A stretch of 64,000 nucleotides of DNA. Source: a virus. Taxonomy: Duplodnaviria > Caudoviricetes. The stretch spans positions 22,156 to 86,155 of IMG/VR virus record IMGVR_UViG_3300032312_002284; one strand, written 5' to 3'. How positions within the stretch are numbered: the first letter of the stretch is position 1; every line of letters starts with the position of its first letter. The position numbers and the translations under genes were made by a program. The notes under the pieces were generated by a model, which saw nothing but the letters and a program-made list of their open reading frames with translations, was not told where the DNA came from and made no database searches. Positions 60,163 to 64,000 of this stretch are shown here, one piece after another.

Positions 60163-60925
60163 TATGGAAAAAACCGACAAACGGAAATACAATAGAAAGA
60201 AAAAACACTTGAAGTTAAATCCTGAGTGGATAGTCGAACACACTCCTGATTTTGAATATCACTATTATAAATTAATGGATTTTATTAAGTATTCAGATTC
60301 ACAGATTGATAAATTTGAGTTATATCCATTATTTAGTGAAATGTCATTACATCTTGCTAACCTACAATCAATTAGTAATGATTCAAAATACATTACAATT
60401 GATAAAAAATTTAAAAGCGTTGATGATGAAATACTCATAACTGATTTGAAATTTAACCCAATTCCTAATATGACCGACAATGAAATTAAGGAGTTTGACA
60501 AAATTTTAAAATACTGTGGTCAAAAAATTTTCGAATATTTTAATATTGTTAAAGCACTTTGGACAATAACTTATGATTCAATATCCATTAACATAATAAA
60601 TACTGAAAAATTTGACACTATTGAAAATGGGTATTTTTTTACAGTTTATAACGGAGAGACGTACATTTGGAAATACAATGTTAAAATTTCTGATGTTGTC
60701 AGATTTGATAAAAAAAATGGGGCTAATCTAATCTATGAAGAGGAGACTCAAAAAAATGTATTTGAAATATTACGTGAAATAGATGAGGATGATAAATTAC
60801 CGGTGTTTGAATTATCATCAAAAAATGAGTTACCTTTAGAAAATACACTATTACCAGTCTTTAAAAGAAAATTACTTACATATATTACACAAGCTAAAAC
60901 TATTGTTGTTTTGAAAAATCCGTAG
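60155..60925 (+). CDS. Hypothetical protein
   Basis: 256-aa ORF. Confidence 0.55.
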   Translation: MVDMEKTDKRKYNRKKKHLKLNPEWIVEHTPDFEYHYYKLMDFIKYSDSQIDKFELYPLFSEMSLHLANLQSISNDSKYITIDKKFKSVDDEILITDLKFNPIPNMTDNEIKEFDKILKYCGQKIFEYFNIVKALWTITYDSISINIINTEKFDTIENGYFFTVYNGETYIWKYNVKISDVVRFDKKNGANLIYEEETQKNVFEILREIDEDDKLPVFELSSKNELPLENTLLPVFKRKLLTYITQAKTIVVLKNP

Positions 60926-60937
60926 TATATTTGTAAT

Positions 60938-61114
60938 ATGGGTTTTAATAAAAAAATAGTAGGGGAGTTACAGATATCCAATATTTGTAAAAATTTAAAC
61001 GAAATTAGATATTTTTTAAACTCAGATTGTTTGTTGTTTGTTAGTAAAGAAGTAGAACTAAAATTTAGAACATATGAGAAAAAATACATCTCCGACAGAA
61101 ATTCTGTTATCTAA
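60938..61114 (+). CDS. 58-aa hypothetical protein (not in the track)
   Basis: MGFNKKIVGE..., directly after TATATTTG at 60926-60933. Confidence 0.55.
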   Translation: MGFNKKIVGELQISNICKNLNEIRYFLNSDCLLFVSKEVELKFRTYEKKYISDRNSVI

Positions 61115-61277
61115 ACTTGAAACACCAATACATATCAATTATATTTCTGAATATATTCTTAGAGTTGGTTTAAATGAAACTAAAGAAAGAATTGACAATT
61201 TAATTGAGGATGGATTAGTTAAAGAAAGTGAATATGGAAAAGGATATTATGTCAGAACAAAAAGAAATGGTAAATAA
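61074..61277 (+). CDS. Small winged-helix-like protein
   Basis: IHINYISEYILRVGLNETKERIDNLIEDGLVKE..GKGYY. Confidence 0.4.
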   Translation: MRKNTSPTEILLSKLETPIHINYISEYILRVGLNETKERIDNLIEDGLVKESEYGKGYYVRTKRNGK

Positions 61278-61479
61278 CCCCGAACACTATGGTGGGGGTT
61301 CAAATCCATATGAGGCGATAAAAGTAATTGATGCTTGGGACCTTGGGTTCTGTTTAGGTAACACAGTGAAATATATTTCTAGAGCTGGTAAAAAACACAA
61401 AGAAAAAGAGTTAGAAGATTTGAAAAAAGCTCTTTGGTATTTACAACATCACATTGAAAAGTTAGAAAATAATGATTGA
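61249..61479 (+). CDS. DUF3310-family protein
   Basis: VNNPEHY...EAIKVI...FCLGNTVKYISRAGKK...EDLKKALWYL. Confidence 0.8.
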   Translation: MSEQKEMVNNPEHYGGGSNPYEAIKVIDAWDLGFCLGNTVKYISRAGKKHKEKELEDLKKALWYLQHHIEKLENND

Positions 61480-62329
61480 AAATTATATTAATAAAGTTAT
61501 TACCGGAGATTGTATTGAGGTGATGAAAGAAATGCCTGAAGGTTGGGTTGATTTAATTGTTACATCTCCACCTTACGGTGTTAATATTGCTTACGATGTT
61601 CACAACGACGACATGGAGATTGGTGAATATTTGGAATTTACCAGACAATGGTTAACTGAAGCTTATAAAGTATTAAAAGACGATGGACGTATCGCTTTAA
61701 ACATTCCTTATGAGATTAATAGACAATCAAAGGGAGGTAGAATTTTTTTCGTATCTGAAGTTTATCAGGTTATGAAAGAGATTGGGTTTAAGTTCTTTGG
61801 TGTAGTTGATTTAGAAGAAGATAGTCCCCACAGAAGTAAAACAACTGCTTGGGGAAGTTGGATGAGCCCATCTAGTCCGTACATCTATAATCCAAAAGAA
61901 TGTGTTATATTGGCTTATAAGAAGGTTCATATTAAGAAAGTTAAAGGTGAAGCACAATGGAAGGGAGAACCAACAGTAACTGAAGAAGGTAAGAACAAGA
62001 TGGTTTATCAGGAGGAGGATAAAAAAGAGTTTATGGAGTTAGTATTTGGTCAGTGGAAGTATTTTGCTGACACAAGGTCCTTAACTAAAGCAACATTCTC
62101 AATGGACATCCCAAATAAAGCAATTAAGATTCTATCTTACAAGAATGATGTTATTTTAGACCCATTTAATGGAAGTGGTACAAGTTGTGTGGCAGCCGAG
62201 ATTAATGATAGAAGATGGGTAGGGATTGAATTATCTGAAAATTATGCAAATATTTCTAGAGAAAGAATACAAGGATTTGTTGACCAAAAGAAACAACAAA
62301 AATTAGAATTTGAAAACGGAGGGCAATAA
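61472..62329 (+). CDS. Beta-class N4-cytosine/N6-adenine DNA methyltransferase
   Basis: GDC, IVTSPPY (motif IV) before LDPFNGSGT (motif I). Confidence 0.9.
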   Translation: MIENYINKVITGDCIEVMKEMPEGWVDLIVTSPPYGVNIAYDVHNDDMEIGEYLEFTRQWLTEAYKVLKDDGRIALNIPYEINRQSKGGRIFFVSEVYQVMKEIGFKFFGVVDLEEDSPHRSKTTAWGSWMSPSSPYIYNPKECVILAYKKVHIKKVKGEAQWKGEPTVTEEGKNKMVYQEEDKKEFMELVFGQWKYFADTRSLTKATFSMDIPNKAIKILSYKNDVILDPFNGSGTSCVAAEINDRRWVGIELSENYANISRERIQGFVDQKKQQKLEFENGGQ

Positions 62330-62345
62330 CCTCCGTTTTTTATTT
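62313..62345 (+). terminator. Intrinsic terminator
   Basis: AAAACGGAGG-GCAATAA-CCTCCGTTTT followed by a T-tract. Confidence 0.8.
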
Positions 62346-62372
62346 TATGATATATTTATTAATAAAAGAATT

Positions 62373-62738
62373 ATGGAACAGGTTATTATTGAACTTTTAA
62401 CAATACAAAATCAATTTAGAATTTTTCATTGGCAAACAAAGTCATACTCAAGACATAGTGCATTTGGAATGGTTTACGACAGTCTTGATGATTTAATTGA
62501 TACGTTTGTTGAAATTTGTATGGGTAAGCATGGTAGACCTGACTTCCAAGGGAAAGTCAGTTTAATACTTTCTGATTTAAAAGAATTGGACCCAACTCAT
62601 TTCTGTGACACTGTTATTGAATTTTTAATTGATTTGAACAATAAGTACGACAAAACAAAAGACAGTGACTTATTAAATTTACGTGATGAAATTATGAGTC
62701 TAATCAACAAGTTGAAATATTTGTTGACTTTAAAATAA
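62373..62738 (+). CDS. Ferritin/Dps-like four-helix protein (DUF5856-like)
   Basis: FHWQTKSYSRHSAFG..YDSLDDLIDTFVE and NLRDEI...NKLKYLLTLK. Confidence 0.65.
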   Translation: MEQVIIELLTIQNQFRIFHWQTKSYSRHSAFGMVYDSLDDLIDTFVEICMGKHGRPDFQGKVSLILSDLKELDPTHFCDTVIEFLIDLNNKYDKTKDSDLLNLRDEIMSLINKLKYLLTLK

Positions 62739-62757
62739 TCAATTTTAATTTCTTATT

Positions 62758-63171
62758 ATGAAAGACGTAGCGGGTATTTTAGTTAAATACCAAGATAGGT
62801 GTTTGCTTTGTAAAAGAGCTCCGGGTGAGCATTTGGAAGGATATTGGTCAATTCCTTGTGGAGGGGTTAAACCTAAGGAAGATTTAAAAGATGCTGCAGT
62901 AAGAGAATTTAGGGAAGAAACTTATTTAGTTTTAAATCCTCAAGAAGTTTCTTATGTAACATCAATTCTTAATTCAAACAAAAAAAAAGTAATAACATCT
63001 ATATTACATGTATTTTATACAAAGGCCTCAACCATTAAAAAACCTAATTTAGAAAAGGCAAAAGATGGGTTTGAACATACTGAATGCCGTTATTTTGGGT
63101 TAAGTGAGGTGGATAATTTAAAAATTACTTCAAAACTCAAAGAAATTATCAAAAAAGCCTTGGCAAATTAA
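62758..63171 (+). CDS. Nudix hydrolase
   Basis: Nudix box GGVKPKEDLKDAAVREFREET. Confidence 0.9.
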   Translation: MKDVAGILVKYQDRCLLCKRAPGEHLEGYWSIPCGGVKPKEDLKDAAVREFREETYLVLNPQEVSYVTSILNSNKKKVITSILHVFYTKASTIKKPNLEKAKDGFEHTECRYFGLSEVDNLKITSKLKEIIKKALAN

Positions 63172-63248
63172 AAAAAAAGTATTAGATTTGTATCACTTTT
63201 GAAATATTAAAGATATTTATATTTCACAAGAAAAAAACTCTAAAAAAG

Positions 63249-63280
63249 TTTGACACTTTGAAAAAAATGTCGTAAGTTTG
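63249..63280 (+). promoter_or_regulatory. Promoter P1 of the ncRNA locus
   Basis: TTTG-N20-TAAGTTTG (Bacteroidota -33/-7), overlapping TTGACA-N17-TAAGTT. Confidence 0.75.
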
Positions 63281-63340
63281 TAAAAGATTTGAGATAGGTA
63301 ACGATTCAGATACAAGTCTCAAAAAAAATAAAACAAATTA

Positions 63341-63372
63341 CTTGACAAGAACAGAAAAATGTCGTAACTTTG
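63341..63372 (+). promoter_or_regulatory. Promoter P2 of the ncRNA locus
   Basis: CTTG-N20-TAACTTTG, overlapping TTGACA-N17-TAACTT. Shares AAAAATGTCGTAA with P1. Confidence 0.75.
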
Positions 63373-63380
63373 TAAAACAA

Positions 63381-63423
63381 ATCTCAAATGTGAGATTTAA
63401 AACGGGGAAACGTTCTTTGAAAA
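63381..63423 (+). promoter_or_regulatory. boxB/boxA-like antitermination element
   Basis: Hairpin ATCTCA-AATG-TGAGAT (63381-63396) followed by GTTCTTTGAAAA (63412-63423). Confidence 0.5.
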
Positions 63424-64000
63424 TACCTAAATACCCCCTTTGAAGTATATAGGTAATATTAATTATCCGTTCAGTAGTTGATTATGAGACCTTCGGGTTG
63501 ATTATGAGACATTTAATCTGATAAACGATAATGGGCCGTGTATGGTCCTTAAATAAACTACGAAAGTAGGATAAAGTGGTCTCCCCTGTGTTGAGGAGAC
63601 TGCGGTTTGAAACCCCGTAAGGGGAATTGAACTCAAGTACACAAGTGGGATATCATCAAACCTTTAGTACCGAGGATAACTTCGTAGGGAAAATGGTAGG
63701 GTGACTTGGGAAAGTAGATTCTCAAGTTGAGTTCGGAAGAACAATAAGAATAACCCATAGGAACTCTGTAAGAAATGTGACCATCCAGTTACACTATTGC
63801 GGGTCCCAATATAATAGAGGACTTAAAACCGAAAGGTAAGATAGAGAACGAGTGGTGTCGCTACTATCCCTAAGGAATACCTACCAAGGTATCTTTATGA
63901 AGTAATCTTGAAATATGGAGGTGGGGACACTTCACGGAGTAGTTTAGTATTCTGTCGCTCAAAAGGAGACGGAGCTTACGGTGGACCACTACTCTGACAC
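63424..64000 (+). ncRNA. Large structured non-coding RNA (GOLLD/ROOL-class candidate), 3'-truncated by the window
   Basis: No ORF of 60 aa or more, elevated GC, multiple GNRA/UUCG tetraloop hairpins and nested long-range helices. The 5' boundary is approximate. Confidence 0.7.

Noticed and set aside
312-60501. Many short antisense or nested ORFs in the track (for example 312..527, 5726..6061, 19421..19933, 21121..21468, 42879..43151, 50965..51441)
   Set aside because: They are shadows of repetitive or biased coding sequence on the other strand or frame, and have no independent start context.
1-64000. Stop-codon reassignment (code 4 or 15)
   Set aside because: Long conserved genes (Rad50, primase, sigma, DnaJ) are intact in code 11, and TAG and TGA are used as real stops.
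63424-64000. rRNA, tRNA, tmRNA, RNase P, or group I/II intron identity for the terminal RNA
   Set aside because: I found no cloverleaf or TTCRA arm, no 16S/23S universal motifs, no RNase P P4 signature, no group II domain V and no interrupted host gene by eye. A covariance-model search is still needed.
1-64000. Eukaryotic giant virus (NCLDV) origin suggested by SET, LRR, DnaJ and Cys-rich proteins
   Set aside because: The sigma-70 factor, intrinsic terminators, translational coupling and Bacteroidota-type promoters indicate a bacteriophage.

Overview
AT-rich window, about 30% GC by eye, gene-dense and read in standard code 11. It looks like part of a large tailed (jumbo-type) bacteriophage genome. 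The host is probably in Bacteroidota: several genes have TTTG-N19-21-TAnnTTTG promoters, and the window encodes an Hc1-type histone-like protein and a SprB-like repeat. Layout: (1) 1-8.9 kb, plus-strand Gly/Cys-repeat fibre/adhesin genes and three LamG-like lectins; (2) 8.9-11 kb, a GT9-like glycosyltransferase, a SET-domain protein and a sulfotransferase; (3) 11-23 kb, large Pro/Thr-repeat, Cys-rich virion-type proteins, a baseplate-like protein and a RuvC-like resolvase; (4) 23-31 kb, primase, PD-(D/E)XK nuclease, Mre11/Rad50 pair and a sigma-70 family factor; (5) 31-39 kb, membrane/amidase-like genes, probable head proteins, Hc1-like protein and DnaJ; (6) 40-49 kb, a minus-strand fibre/Gly-rich operon followed by cysC, a HIGH-motif nucleotidyltransferase and a DUF2061-like gene; (7) 49-63 kb, two DNA methyltransferases, DUF932, a PcfJ-like protein, thioredoxin, glutaredoxin, Cys micropeptides, a ferritin-like protein and a Nudix hydrolase; (8) 63.2-64 kb, an ORF-free, GC-elevated, heavily base-paired region behind tandem promoters and a boxA-like element, which runs off the window edge. 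Two leads stand out. The first is a large structured ncRNA with an rRNA-operon-style leader. The second is a split sulfation/glycosylation system: the PAPS-supply cassette and the glycosyltransferase-SET-sulfotransferase cassette lie 32 kb apart but share a near-identical 44-nt upstream element, and each follows a fibre operon. All protein family calls come from motif recognition by eye; no database search was run.
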